Below, in pieces: positions 26,044 to 40,554 of a stretch of DNA of 64,000 nucleotides. The stretch covers positions 47,246,001 to 47,310,000 of the forward strand of contig OZ076409.1 of assembly GCA_964187785.1 (NCBI GenBank). Reading direction: 5' to 3'. Positions within the stretch are counted from its first letter, which is position 1; the number at the start of each line of letters is the position of its first letter. Source of the stretch: Amphiscolops sp. MND2022. Its lineage: Eukaryota. The notes below the pieces were generated by a model. That model was not told where the DNA came from and searched no databases. It saw only the letters and a list, made by a program, of their open reading frames with translations. Both the position numbers and the translations under genes were made by a program.

Positions 26044-29000
26044 AGCCCAGAGTTGAAAAGCTGAAAATATTATCACTCTGTCTTTGAAATCTGTGGATGG
26101 TAATCTTCGTCAAAACTTCCAGACAAAGATCTGAAGTTAAAACTAAAACAGCATTTTTTGCTCGTTGTTGCGCAATTTCTTTGAATATTAGGCTAAAGGA
26201 GCATTTTCTTTAAAGGAGCATTTCTTCTACTGGAGCATATCTGTCGTAAACACCTTCCTCACTAAAGTTAGAAACAAATGAAATCTGTCTAAAGTGAGCC
26301 TCCTGGTTACTACCATTTGTAATCATCTCAGGAAAAATTCCTGCATTGTGTTGGTCTACTTTACAAGTTTTTTTGCTGCCGTCCGTCTGACTCATGGTCA
26401 TGAACTTGGGGCATCTGACTAGTCATATTCGGATGCCGTCAATCTGACCGAGGGCCCCATTTTGTGCTTTTAGCTCCTTCACTGTCTTCTACAACACTCC
26501 TAATAGTTGGTGACACCTTTTCTTCTATTGCTGCATTTAATACCTCTAATATGTGAGAATTTAAGTTAGATTTGATTTCCTCAAACCTCCTTGACATTCG
26601 AGGAGAAATTTCTGAATTGATTGCTCGACTGGACTCAGCAGTAATTTCACTATTCACACTCATATTCGCGTTCAGTGATGACCTAATATTTTCACCAACA
26701 AGATCAGTATTTTCTCGACGTCTCCCAGACCCTAGGTCCATTTCTAACCCACTATTATTTTCTCGTTCATCTAATTCGTTCCGTGTGTAAGTTCCTATCA
26801 TAACATCAAGATTTTCTACATCTGACATTACGTCTGATTGTCTCGCTCGCTTCTCTCTAGCTTTTTGCTTTCTAGTAAAAGGCACAACAAGAAGAAATAT
26901 TGTCAACAGTGAATTGAGTTTAATCTGCCAAATCGCAAGTTGTGTTTACAGCAAATACTGCAAATAGATCAAACGTCACCATAAAAACCACGTCATTCAC
27001 TAACAAGTTCTAAAAATAGCAACTGCTTTTATATGAATGGGTAATATTGGTCACCCAATGAAATGGCATCATGCACTAAATTTCATGTTTGTAATTGGAG
27101 ATACTGCTAGAATGAATAGCTTCATGCCAGTCAAAACATAGAAGTAGCGTCAACTAAATAGCAACAATGATGGATTTGTTGTACAAATAGAGCACAAATA
27201 GACTTTGTGTCCACTTTACGGCAAAGGAGTAATAAGTTTGGAGCACTGTGATTGGTTAATAAATAAAAGACGTTGCGTCAACTGGACGGCAACAAAGTAC
27301 CAGTTAAACGCGTTTCCTGATAAAATTAGGCCATTTATCTGATTATTAATTCATTGAGATTGTTGTATCATTGATTAGCACTTTCAAATAATATAGTACA
27401 GCAAAGTAATAGCATTTCTGTGATACTTGTTCATTTTTAGAGTGTTGCCTGAAAATCAGTCAAAAGTTTATTGTACATTGTAGTAATATAAATATGGTTG
27501 TGCCGTCTAGATGACCTTAGGTCCAAGTACTGAAATTTTACAGTAAACGGTTAACTATTGCTAAGCTATTCTAGTTTTACATAAACTAATACTAGAAGCA
27601 ACATAAAAAACGTAACGTACAGTGTTTTAAGCGTTTTCATATCGGCAGTATTCCTGATCCCACGTTACTTTGGCCATTTTCTGGTGCGATTTGGTATTGC
27701 ACTCCGTCGCAAGCGGAAGCCTGCGACATTATCCAAGCTAAGTGGATGATTAATTCACGAAATCGGTGAAACACAATGATAAAACTTGGAAAATTATTGA
27801 AGAAATTGCCTCAAACGGTCGAAATAAAAAATATTTCGATTTTTGGGAGTCTTCCTGACGTGTTGTTTATTACTTTGCTGCGGAGCCCTGTTTCTTTCCT
27901 AATTATCGATAACGTAAAAAAACTGTACAAAAATGCATAGAGGGTCAAAACCATTGGGATTTGTGTGGTGTCAACTCGAGGGACCATTGGAAAGCATTTT
28001 TTTGAAAAAAGTACAAATATTTCGGTATATACTTATACTACGAACATATTTTGAATGTATTTTTTTTCTGAATATTACCCTCACTTCATAAATTGCGTAT
28101 AAATATAGAGTTTTTTTGGGGGAGGGGGGGGGTCAAAACGCGGCTCAGTTAGCAGTTTTCTTTTTCCACATGGAAGCATGGGATGAAAACAAAAACGTTA
28201 GGGTTCAGTTTCAAAGCCCAGAGTTAAAAAGCTGAAAATAGTATCACTCTGTCTTTAAAATCTGTGGATGGTAAACTTCGTCAAAACTTCCAGACAAAGA
28301 TCTGAAGTTAAAACTATAACAGTATTTTTTGCTCGTTGTTGCGCAATTTTTTGAATATTAGGCTAAAGGAGCATTCTCTCTAATGGAGCATTTCTTCTAC
28401 TGGAGCATATCTGTCGTAAACGTCTTCCTCACTAAAGTTAGAATCAAATGAAATCTGTCTAAAGTAAGCCTCCTGGTTACTATTAATTGTAATCATCCCA
28501 GGAAAATTTCCTGCATTGTTTTGGTCTACTTTACAAGTTTTTTTGCTGCCGTCCGTCTGACTCATGGTCATGAACTTGGGGCATCTGACTAGTCATATTC
28601 GGATGTCGTCCATCTGACCGAAGATCTCATTTTGTGCTTTTAGCTCCTTCACTGACTTCTACAACACTCCTAATACTGGGTAACACCTTTTCTTCAATTG
28701 CTGTATTTAATACCTCTGATATGTGAGAATTTAAGTTAGATTTGATTTCCTCAAACCTCCTTGACATTTGGGGGGAATTTTCTGAATTGAATGCTCGACT
28801 GGACACATCAGTAATTTCACTATTCACAATCATATTCGCGTTCAGTGATGACCTAATATTTTCACCAACAAGATTAGTATTTTCTCGACGTCTCCCAGAC
28901 CCTAGGTCCATTTCTAACTCACTATTATTTTCTCGTTCATCTAATTCGTTCCGTGTGTAAGTTCCTATCATAACATCAAGATTTTCTACATGTGACATGA

Positions 29001-30483
29001 CGTGTGATTGTCTCGCTCGCTTCTCTCTAGCTTTTTGCTTCCTAGTAGAAGGCATAACAAGAAGAGGTATTGTCAACAGTGAATTGAGTTTAATCTGTCA
29101 ATTCGCAAGTTGTGTTTACAGCTTCAATAATATCGCAAGAATGATCCTTTTTACATACAGTTCCTGATATATATACTAATAGAAACATGACCCGCACAAT
29201 TGTGGGTGTAATCTAGCTAAATATAGGAATTATGTCATATTTGACCTTATCTCATACTAAAAATAGATCAAACGTCACCATAAAAACTACGTCATTCACT
29301 AATAAGTTCTAAAAAATTCAACTGCTTTATTATGAATGGGAAATATTGGTCACCCAATGAAATGGCATCATGCACTAAATTTCATGTTTGTAATTGGAGA
29401 TACTGCTAGAATGAATAGCTTCATGCCAGTCAAAACATAGAAGTAGCGTCAACTAAATAGCAACAATGATGGATTTGTTGTACAAATAGAGCACAAATAG
29501 ACTTTGTGTCCACTTTACGGCAAAGGAGTAATAAATTTGGAGCACTGTGATTGGTTAATAAATAAAAGACGTTGCGTCAACTGGACGGCAACAAAGTACC
29601 AGTTAAACGCGTTTCCTGATAAAATTAGGCCATACATCTGATTATTATTTCATTGAGATTGTTGTATCCTTGATTAGCACTTTCAACTATTATAGTACAG
29701 CAAAGTAATAGTTTTTCTATGATACTAGTTCACTTTTAGAGTGTTGCCTGTAAATCTGTCATTGGTTTATTGTACAATGTAGTAATATAAATATGGTTGT
29801 GCCGTCTAGATGACCTAAGGTCCAAGTACTGAAATATTACAGTAAACGATTAACTATTGCTAATCTATTCTAATTTTACATAAACTAATACCAGAAGCAA
29901 CATAAAAAACGTAACGTACAGTGTCTTAAGCGTGTTTTATATCGGCAGTATTCCTGGTCCCACGTTACTTTGGTCATTTTCTGGTGCGATATGGTAGTAC
30001 ACCCCGTCGCAGGCGGCAGTCTGCAACATTATCCAAGTGCAGGATGATAAAATTTGGAAATATTGCAGAAATTGCTTTAATCGGTCAAAATATAAAATAT
30101 TTCGAGTTTTGGGAGGCTTCTTGACGTATTGTTTATTGCTTTGCTGCGGAGACCTGTTTATTTCCTAAATATCGATAACGTAAAAGAACTGTAGAAAAAT
30201 GCACAGAGGGTCAAAACTACTGGGATTTGTGTGGTGTCAACTCGAGGGACCTTTGGAAAGCTTTTTTTTCAAAAAAAGTTCAAATCTCTCGGTATATGCT
30301 TATACCACGAACTTATTTTGAATGTAATTTTTTTCTAAATAATAACCTTTTTTATAAATTCTTCATAAATTGCGTATAAAATTGGATTTTTTGGGGGGTC
30401 AAAACGCGGCTCAGTTAGCAGTTTTCTTTTTCAACTTGGAAGTATGGGGTGAAAATAAAAAACGTTAGGGTTCAGTTTCAAAG
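26044..30483. repeat. Tandem duplication, unit about 2170 bp, each unit carrying a gag-like ORF fragment
   Basis: ORFs 26439-26906 and 28627-29076 (PSTRKQKAREKRARQS.VMS.VENLDVMIG) and 26210/28380 are offset by 2170 bp. The second unit has an insert of about 140 bp near 29120-29260. The gag-like assignment is an inference. Confidence 0.85.
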
Positions 30484-30864
30484 CTACAAAATTAATCCAA
30501 GAAGTTTTTTTGATTGAAAGTTCTTGAGATTTTTTTGTCATTCAGTTTTTTTCAAGATTTCGAAAAAAAAGAAATTCTGCCGTAGTTGTGAAATTTGAGT
30601 TATTTGCTCTCGAGAATTTTTTTGTCAAATTGCGTTCTCAAATGTTTGGCTTGCAATTTGGCCTTTTAAGAATAGTCCTTCTAAGATTTTTGAATTTTTG
30701 AGCTGGTTAGGTCTAGCAACAATTTCTCATCGTATATGACGTTGTACTTGAAAAAGATCGGAATCAGATTTCACCTCTGTTGCCATTACAATATACTGAT
30801 TTTAAAATCATCGAAAATATGGTAAGGCAAGAATAGAACCTTTTATTTCTCTTCTCCTATCAAG

Positions 30865-32037
30865 GTACTTTGTGGAGCAAAGGAGACGCAAGAACGGCAA
30901 CGTCGATGACAATTCATGCAGTTTCTATGACTAAAGTTGCCAGGTACGAAACAGGATCCGATATTGACCTCTTCAACTTTCTGCAATTGGAGTCGACGAT
31001 GGTTCCCAGGTGGGAATGTTTAGCGCCCATAACCTGTTAAACATGTTACGGGAGTGTTACACTTTGAAACTCAAGCTCTTCAAAGAAAGCGATGAAAGAG
31101 AAATATTTGAGTTGTATTTCGAATGTGACAGAGGACTCTCAGAATGGGGCTGGTTTTCCTACGACAAACTAATTGATTCTCCCTGGAAAAACTCACTTTT
31201 GCCATCGTTCGAGTTTTCTGTAAATTGTGATGGCAATTCTTCTCTCTGTATTCGAGAGACGCCGGATTGTGACCCCCATTCAAGCATCATCTCATAGTGT
31301 CATGTGCTTCTCAGTGTTCTTCGAACGACGACTCAAAGTGTGAAATCTTTTATCGGCCTAACGACACTGAACCCCTTACCCGTTCAAGCGCTCTTGAAGT
31401 CTGGATCAATCCTTTTCCAAACACCGATGCTGTTTTCCAAAAAGCATACATGATTGTCTTTCGAATGCATTCTTTCAGCGGCGTACATTTTCAGAAATAT
31501 TTCTTGGAAGGAATCATTGAGCCAGCTATACCCGAAGCCAGTGTTCACAAGGACACGATATTTCGAAATCCAAATCTCTTGAGTCTATTGAAACAGGCAG
31601 AAAAAATATCCATAACTTACACCGACTTTGAAACCTCGCACATAAAACAGCAGACGTTTTTCAACGGCAATGGGCATGAGACGTCATGGTTTGATTTCAA
31701 CAATGTATTCTATTCGACTTTTTGGAACTTTACTGTCAACACTACTTCCATTTTGGACACCGTTTTTTATAGCGAATGGGGTGATCAAAACGAGTTTGGA
31801 ACAGCTTTTCTGATGAAAAAAATATTGGATCAAAGTAATCCATATTTTATCTCTTTTTGGTCAGAAATTTTGACCAGTTACGGTACTTGTGTCACTAACT
31901 GGACCACATTGCCGGAGTTGTCCCAATTCCCTCCAGAGAACATCCAGCCCCCATTCATCGTCTATTCGCAAGACCAAGGACCTAGAATGTGCGGGGGTCA
32001 CAAAATGGCAGAAATGATATCAATTTCTGTTCTGTGA
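30865..32037 (+). CDS. Probable terminal exon with two tandem copies of the uncharacterised repeat domain (two apparent frameshifts)
   Basis: Copy 1: KVARYETGSDIDLFNF...FECDRGLSEWGWFSYDKLIDSPW. Copy 2: IVFRMHSFSG..FRNPNLL..FNGNGHETSWFDFNNVFYSTFW..PFIVYS..AEMISISVL*. Frame changes near 30980 and 31295. Confidence 0.6.
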
Positions 32038-33224
32038 AAATCATGGTTCAATAATTCTCCCATTGTGGAGCAAAAAATTCCTCCAACGAACATAGCCCCA
32101 CTTTGGATTGGTTTGGTAAGCTGGTGCAAAAACGGCAATAGTTGAATTTATTGAAAATCAATGCAACCAATTCTGCACAAATCAAACAACTATTTTTTGA
32201 GATTAATTATGCTGTGGCTAGCCCAACCTGCAGCAATGTTTTACATGCCGCATGGATGAACTAACATTTTATCTTGAAAAAAAAACAGCTATTGATTCTT
32301 TTTATATTAAATTTTCATTTGAACTTGGTTCAAGAGCTAGCTTCGTAGTTTAATTTACTCATGCTCATTTTGAAATAATACTGTGTCGGTTTTTTTGTTA
32401 ACTGTGACGACATTCTAATGAAATTGATTGTTTCATGAAAAAATTGTTCTGTGTATTTATTCTTCGCTGGTAGAAGTCTGTTTTCCAGAGAATTCAGGAA
32501 AATCTCATTACCAGTAGAGATCCAAACTTTTTTTGGGCTCATGTTTGTTTGGCTTCATTTGGAAATACCAAAAAAAAACAGAAATCAACGGGTCTTTGAC
32601 AAGACAAGTACAGGTTTTAAAAGATCTTACGGTCCCCATTTTTCAAAAATCACGAACATTGCAAAATTGGGCCGAAAATTTTGCCAGTTATGCATTTTTT
32701 GGCAAAATCACAAATTTTACAAGAGTATGAAGTATTTTCTTACAAGATCTTACAAAATTATTGCTAAGAATTTTGCAAAAATGTGTATTTTTTTCAATGA
32801 GGGGAACCATTTCATTTATTTTAAAACTGAACTTGGCAAACAAAACGCCCGCTAAGTACCATCAGAAAATTTTGGCCCTACATTTAAAAGGTTGTTCGAC
32901 GTTTTCAAAATTTGAAGTAACCATTTTTTTGCACTTATCAAAGAGTTCAATTTTCCAAAACTATATATTGTGTGAAATTTATTGAGATAAGAAAGCTCAA
33001 CTACACACCAAAATGCATTCTATTCTAACCACAGGAGTTTCTGAGATCTAAAGATATAACCTAAAAATAATTCAACTAACTTTAATGCGACAAATGACCA
33101 CGACCAAGGATTGGCTTCCTTGAGTCCAACGTATTCTGACTAATGACATACAAAAAATTCTTTGACAAACCAGAAAATTGATACAACGGAATGTGAAGTT
33201 TGTTTCGGCTACAATCAATATAGA

Positions 33225-33500
33225 AAAACTGTGTGGTGTACAGACCATATGTGAACAAACTTCGAGAATCTTTCTTGAAATGTTTATGTAAGCTGAAGCA
33301 CGATGGTGTCTTGTTTGGAGATTTCAACAGTGATACTTTGAAAGGCTAGATAAGGACAAAACAAACTCAAGAAATTTCAATCAGCAAAAATCAAAAGACG
33401 AAACCGTGAACCCTGAAAAACAGTGACTTCATCTACATGCATCGCCAATGGGATAACAAGTTATCAGGTTGAACATAAAACAGTCAATACTTGGTATAGA
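33225..33500 (+). pseudogene. Degraded LINE AP-endonuclease fragment
   Basis: Manual translation CVVYRP...VLFGDFNSDTL matches APE motifs. The preceding 250 bp or so are duplicated at about 36508-36760. Confidence 0.5.
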
Positions 33501-33559
33501 GCACTGAAGAATCATAGTAAAAACAATGAAGGTTGACAATGTTGAATTGCCTCTTTTTG

Positions 33560-36507
33560 AATGGATGTCTGTTCACTCCTACACTGATCTATTCGCTGAT
33601 CACTCGCTTCTACTTCTTTTTTTCTCTTCTTCTTCTTTTTCTTCTTCTTCTTCTGCTTTTCTGTTGTTTCAGCCCTCTTTTCTGTTTTGTGGACACTTGT
33701 GTCACATCTCTTTTTGAGTATATCTTCTGCTTACTGGACAGTTCAGGGAAGACGGGAAAAGTGTGTGCTGTCTCCTTCTATCACTTTGGCTGCTTCGCGG
33801 TCGAAAACCTTTCCAGTTTCGATCCTTTAGATCGTTCACGGACTAACACAGTGGAGTCAAAATCTTCTTGGAAACATATGGCTGGATTTTCAAAGTTTGA
33901 TCATCTGCTATAACATCCAGAATTTTTGCAACTACGTTAGATTTTACTGTATTTGGCTCCCTTCCCAAGTGCTTCTCGAACAGTGATTTCCCAACATTTT
34001 CATTCTTACTTGAAGTTTGTACAAGATTTCGGAGAGCCCCGTCTTTGGTTCATACTATTTGTTTATTTGCTCGCAACCGTTCATTTATTGTACGATTCAG
34101 CCGCTCTATTTTTCCATATCCCCTGTGATCACGCACTGGACAGATTTATGCTTTATGCCAAATGGTTCACATTTTTCAAAAAGTCGTCACTCACGAATAG
34201 TGTCTTTGATCAGTCCTTATTTTCTTCGGGAGCCCGTAGTATGCTATGTATTGCCTTAAAAACTGAATCACTTTCTTAATTCTTGGACTATGTAAAATTT
34301 TCGCGTCTAGCCATCCCGAAAAAAATCTATGGACACTAGCAAATATTTCTTCCCTTGTTTCATTGGTTTCCATATTCCGTTTTTTTGTTGTTGGATCTCT
34401 AGACCTCTTTTACTCGCAAATTATTCCAGTGTCTTGGTTTCTTTGAAATGTGAAAGTTCATCAACTCTTCTAACTTCAGCGTTGATTTTAATAAATGCTT
34501 TTTCATGTTTTGCTTCTTATTTACAGTCCGCGTCTTTTTTCAAAATAGTTTTACAGGGAAAACTAATAACAGCTAATTTCGTAATAAACGCGTTGAATTG
34601 GTTGACTGCACCCAAGAACGAACGCAGCTGTTTCAAAGTTATCGGATGTAATTTTTTGGTTAATCCCTAATTTGTGCAGTTACAGAGGAAATGCATGTTC
34701 TGGTCAATTTGTAACCCAATCAATCTATGCTATCTTGATCGAGCCCATACTTTTCCGCTTTCAATTGCATATTGTCCTCATCTAGTTTTTTCATGACTTT
34801 CCTCTCTTTATTCAAGAGTTAGTTCTTGGTTCCTTTCGTTACAGTTAGTATGTCGTCTATATACATAAAAACACTAATTACATTCACTATAGTGAGATCC
34901 ATCAATTTTTGAATTTCTGTGGGCATTACTGTAAGGCCATGTTATCCTGTCGTAAAACGATACGTTCCGGTGCTATGTCCGCTCAATAATTGAAAGTTAT
35001 ACTGTTTCTTTGTTCACTTATGCAATGGTACTAAACCATATGGAAATGTCAGATCCACCGATTAAAGCAAAGCTCTCCTTCATCCTTGTCTAATTTTTCT
35101 TCTATCATGTCTTTTAAGTTTTCTAGATTCGGCATTTGGTACCTATCTTTGAAGATTCACTCATTTGAGGCTCGCGCATCTAAGTCTATTTCAACCGACT
35201 TGTCTTTTTTACGGTTATTACAGTTGGTTTGATAAAAACATCACCTTGAATGTTTTCTACGCGTTCAATTTGGCTGTCTCTCAAATTTTTTTGAACTTCT
35301 TTGTCTACTTGTTGTTGCAGCTGAGTTGGTATTCTACGACCTATTTGTTGTGAAATTTTTGCATTTTTTTCATTTCAATTTTGATTTCGTAATTCTTACC
35401 GCGATCTTTTCTATTAAACAATTCAGGAAATACCCCCTTTACTTGCTGAACCCCGGGACCTGTCTTTTGTTTGTTCGGACTTTTTTTTGTTTACAAAGTT
35501 ATCAATATTAGCGGCTCTGAACTTTCTTTAGCATTCACTACTTTTTATCAGCTATTTGATTTGATAACGAAGTGCAATTAGCCAATCGCGTCCCACAATT
35601 GACTTTATTTGACTTGCCAGAAGTTGGAGCTACAAGCACTCTAGCCTTTGATACTGTCACCCTAGCTAATTCTAATTGCGGTACCAATACGGTACCACAG
35701 CAAACACAATGGTTGTTTGTTATAACCTACAAACTAATAGTATTCGATAATTTCTCGCACCAATCCTTATTTCTCCAATAATGTGCTGGAATTTTCTTTT
35801 TATTAAAATGGAAACAGGCGATCCAGTATCAATTACAGATTTGAACTGCTTTCAGCACATTAGTCCTTTCATGTAAAATGACTTGTGTCTTCTTCCATCC
35901 AGGCGTAAGACTAATTGCTCTTCATCGTCTTCTGTCTGTTCTTCCTAAATTAATCCTCAATGTAGTTAACTCGGCGCATTTGATTTTCTTTTGATTTCAA
36001 TCTTTGCATCATGTCTTTATGCTGTTACTTCTTGTTGCAGCAGTTTTCCATGTGACCCACTAATTTACAGTATTTACATTCGTAGTTAGCAGCTTTACAA
36101 TTCCTAACATGTTCCATTGTAACATTCAGCTCCCCACATCTGAAGCATTCTCTCTCGGATTCGTCTTCTCCACAGCAATTACATGTTCGCTCTTCAATGA
36201 TTTTTTGGTACATCTGCAATTTGTTTACCGTAAGCCCTTTGCCGTTTAACATTTTCTTTAAAGGCTATCGCAAATTCTAGGGTTTGAACAGTTTCCTTGG
36301 GTTCAGTGCATAACTTGTCTTGCACTTTTTTATTATTCATGTGTAAAATAAGCATATCTAACACCATGGTTGTCATGATCGCACTGAAGTCGCGAAGGGC
36401 TGCCAACCGGTTTAAGGAGTGCCAGACCTGTGATAAGTATTCTTCGGGTTGTTGCATTCTTGAAAAAATGGTGCCTATCCAGCGTTCTGTTCCTTTTCTT
36501 CAGAAAA
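33560..36507 (-). mobile_element. Decayed Ty3/Gypsy internal region (gag-pol)
   Basis: Gag (RNRTLDRH, Zn knuckles CFRCG and CKYCKLVGHMENCC), protease remnant (IDTGSPVS), RT YIDDIL-encoding sequence near 34850, integrase (YGLPKKIRTDQ). Confidence 0.8.
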
Positions 36508-37777
36508 CTACACACCAAAATGCATTCTATTCTAACCACAGGAGTTTCTGAGATCTAAAGATATAACCTAAAGGTAATTCTACTAACTTTAATGCGACAA
36601 ATGACCACGACCAATGATTGGCTTCCTTGAGTCCAACGTATTCTGACTAATGACCTACAAAAAATCTTTGACAAATCAGAAAATTGATACAACGGAATTT
36701 GAAGTGAGTTTGTTTCGGCTACAATCAATATAGAAAAATGCTGTGGTGTACAGACCCTATGTGATCGCTGAAGATTGGTTGAACTGCTTCGTGTTTCGGA
36801 AAAAAACAGTAAACTCGAGTCGATTTGCAGAGCGTAAAAAGTAGTTGATATTCGGCGGGCGCAGTTATCTCTTACTGAGCGATTCACGAGGCTGTTCTTC
36901 ACAAATACAGTACAAAATAAACATGAAAAGCTCGTAAACATGTAGCTCATACATGGTGGGGAGTTCGCCTTCAGTCTTGTTATCTCTGATACTATCAAAT
37001 TTAAGAAGAAAACAATGAGAGTGTACAATACGTGCATTGAAAAGAAGTTGGGTCCAATATCATTAAACTTTTTAATGTTTCAATTGGTTAAAACTGTTTC
37101 TTTATTTACTCTCTGGAAACCAAAATCATCGAATTTCAATTATAACGGTTGAAAGCCTTATGCTATTTACATTCATAGCAATATACAATCTTCATCAGTA
37201 GGAAAAATTTGTACCCAATCTGTATACATTTAAAAGTAGTTGGTTCTATCAGGAATGTTTTTTTTGTTTTGGCAATTATGAAGCTGAAAATCTCGGTCTC
37301 TTATAAAAGGGTGGTGACCATTTTGACGAACATCAAGTTGTGAAAATTGAAGCAAGTTTTGTACCTAAAAGTGAAGAAGAAGAAGAAGAAGACTTGAATT
37401 ATCATTTGTTACCCACTCGGGTGTACAAATTACAAACTTTGATTTCAAGTGATGAAATCGTATTTCAAGTCAAAACTCAATTCTGATCTGAGCATTTTCT
37501 ATGAAAGCTCGAAAGTGGATTAGATGAAAATCTTCGAGACTTGTTTAAAACGTTTCTCAAAAATCTTGATTGTTTTCGAGTATTCACCCAAAATCTTTGC
37601 GTCCAAAATATATCTCACAATAACGAGTGTGGATCATTTTCAGTCGGCGCTTCGTTAAAAGTAAAAAGCGCGATTTTTATAGTGGTTGTAGTCGGTTTTT
37701 CATTTTTTTTTCAATCAACACCGCCAATACAGGTATACAAAGGTATACATGTTTCGATGTTTTATTTCCTTTCAAAG

Positions 37778-38227
37778 CAGAGATTTGACTCGCTAATTTT
37801 TTTCTCTAATCGCTAACTAACGCTAATTATATATCGCTAATCGCTAACTTCGCTAATTGAGAGTCGCTAATCGCTAACGCTAATTAAAATCTATAGTGAA
37901 AATATTAATTCCCATTATGTTTAAAAATCGATCTGAAAAATAATTCACTACTGTTTACTGTGTAAAAATATGTTCAAGACATAGTAAGGTTCATAAATAT
38001 GATAATATATAACAGTTCTTGGGAGGAATCAGTATATGTAGAGACAATTTGTGATATATATGGAATGTTTGATGCAACAGCAAGCGTTGTTATAGAAAAT
38101 TTACCAATAGGAAAAGGCCATCGCTAAGCGGTCGCTAAATACTTTGTATTTCGCTAACTAATTTCCGCTAATGTAATCCCTCACTAACGCTAAAGCGGCG
38201 CTATTAGCGATTAGCGTCAAATCTCTG
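37778..38227. mobile_element. Non-autonomous hAT-type MITE
   Basis: TIR CAGAGATTTGAC / GTCAAATCTCTG, perfect 8-bp TSD TTTCAAAG, many CGCTAA subterminal repeats. Confidence 0.9.
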
Positions 38228-38402
38228 TTTCAAAGTCGAAAAAAGTTTCCCAAGTTTTTTACGTTATATCCGCAATAAATTACGTTTTACTGAGGAGGAA
38301 GCGGATGTTCGAATCTCTCCTTATTGATGTTTTGTTTCCTCCCAAAATCGAACAAAAAACACACTATATCTGATTTTTATTTGACCTTGTATCCGAAGTA
38401 AT

Positions 38403-38901
38403 AACAAGACGGGAACGTCTGAAGTCGGCGCTAAATCTAAGGCTCAAAAAGCGCAAAACATTTTTTTTGGAAAAAAACTTGAAATTTTCGAAAAAAAAAA
38501 TTCTTTCGGAAAATGTCGCACAGTGCCGAAAAATGTAAAAGGGGGGACCCTTTTTGATTTATAAACACGCATTCTGTAGCAAAATAACAAAAAATTCAAA
38601 GGGGGGACCCTTTGGGGACATTAAAAAAATTTCGAAAAAAAGTCTCACAGCGCCGAAAAAAAATCGAAAGGGGGGGGGAACTTTAGTCCCGTCCGGGCTT
38701 GTATGTAACGTTTAAAAAGTAAATGAATGCGCTCCCCGTTTGCCTTTAGCGGTCCAGTAGTCTAGTACTGTATTTAGTAGTTGAACGTTAATTTTAACGT
38801 TCGTCGCTTCGAGTCTGTCTTAAATAAAAAAAATAAAATAAAAAAAAAGCGAGTGACTGTAATAGTCGGGCTCTTTTCTTAAGAAAAGCGCCGACTAAAA
38901 A
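38403..38901 (+). mobile_element. HINE/DINE-1-like (Helentron-derived) element
   Basis: Starts AACAAG; subterminal inverted repeat AGTCGGCGC / GCGCCGACT; terminal stem-loop AGTCGGGCTCTTTTC..GAAAAGCGCCGACT then AAAAA. Confidence 0.75.
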
Positions 38902-40554
38902 CAGAAAGCCCTACTAGGCCCAAAAGGGCCCCCTTTCATTTTTTGGTAGTGTGGCATTGAGAATTTAGTTGGAGCACCGGCATTTGCCGTTCGCGTCTTG
39001 TTTCCATTTTTGTAACAAGGTCACGAAAATGATACCCTACTTAGTTCCTGGCCGATCCAAAGCTGAACGCGCGTCCAAGCAATTATCAGAAGACTTCATT
39101 CAGTCCTGGGCTACATGATACCAATTGTCTTGATCAATCGAGAAACCGATTCCCAATTCATAAGTCCCAGTAAGTTGATAAAGTTGATAATGCTTCGAAG
39201 AGTTTCGTTAGCTCATGCATTCAATAAAAATTGCTAGCGTCTAGCAAATTCACAGAATGATAAAAAAACGCAATGTTAATAAGATTATTTTGAAAAATGG
39301 CCAAGACATCCCTTGATTATCGTAAAAGATGATGTAACCCCGATATTACTGATATTAACAGGTATCTCATCAAAAGCTTGACCTCGATGCAGATTTGAGT
39401 GCTCATTCAACGATTAGAAAGCTGAATGTTTGAATATTCATATTAGCTGTTGTATATAGATGAACGAAATAATTTCAAGATTTTAATATACATTATTGTA
39501 CCAAACAGCTAAAGCTTCTATCACAGGCGAAAACTTTGAATGCACGTTTTTTCTTGAGACATGCATTTGACCAAAAAGTCCAAAAAGCAAAATGTCTCCG
39601 TTTTAAATCAGAATCGAAACAATGACTTTTGTTTTGGAATTGAACAAGAACTTGAAAAATTATCTCACATAACATTTCAAGAAGTTTTGGAATTTTCGAA
39701 CTTTGTCACTCAGTATCTCAAACACTAGTGGTGAGAAAAACAACATTGGATCATTTTTGTAGCCTTAACTCCGTTCTATAATTTTTGTATTTAACACTTT
39801 CTGAAATGTATTCTTGAAAAATGATCAGCCAAAAACAGTTATAACTCCGTCAAAACAAACAATTTTACGGAGTAAACATTGAAAGAAATCTTAATTTGTG
39901 ATAATTTTGCGGCGTTTCCAGAAATAGTCAAACTCAAAAGAAGGAAAACTGAATCAAAGGTACTAGGTTAGACTCCGGCATTTTTGGCTACGAACAGGGG
40001 TTTGAGATATTGCATGATATGTTTCGGAAAATGCCAAGAGTCAATTACGAGCTCAGTCTGATAACTTTTGATTTCAAAACAGAAGGTCCCTTTTATTGCT
40101 GATCGAAATTTGAGAAAGTTTTGTTCCTGGGACTTTTGGGGCAATTGATTATGAAAAAATTATCGCGATTTGACAAATTTTGTCAGCGAAACCCTAGTGC
40201 ATTAGGCGTTCAAACAAATATTGAACTGTAGTGAAAATGATTTACACTCGTGTCGAAACTTTGAACTTTATCAGACATTTGGATTTTGGAACTCATAAAT
40301 CCACGCCTCATTCAACAGTGAAAAATTACAAATTTGTGTATTTGTTCAATACCATACTACTCAAATCAAATTTTATCATTTCAATTTACCTTTTGACCGA
40401 GACAAGAATTTGTCTCAATATGAGATATTCGAATTGGTATTATTGAATAAACTTCGAACTTCCTGCTAATGACTTTCTATCAAATGATTCTCATCTCATT
40501 CCATGTTCAGCATCAACCAAGAATTGACTGCAACTAGTTAAGGGTAACAAAGCA

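Noticed and set aside
33001..36760. Direct repeats at about 33001-33250 and 36508-36760 as LTRs of the enclosed Gypsy remnant
   Set aside because: No TG...CA ends, PBS or PPT. The right copy truncates gag and the left copy runs into LINE endonuclease sequence.
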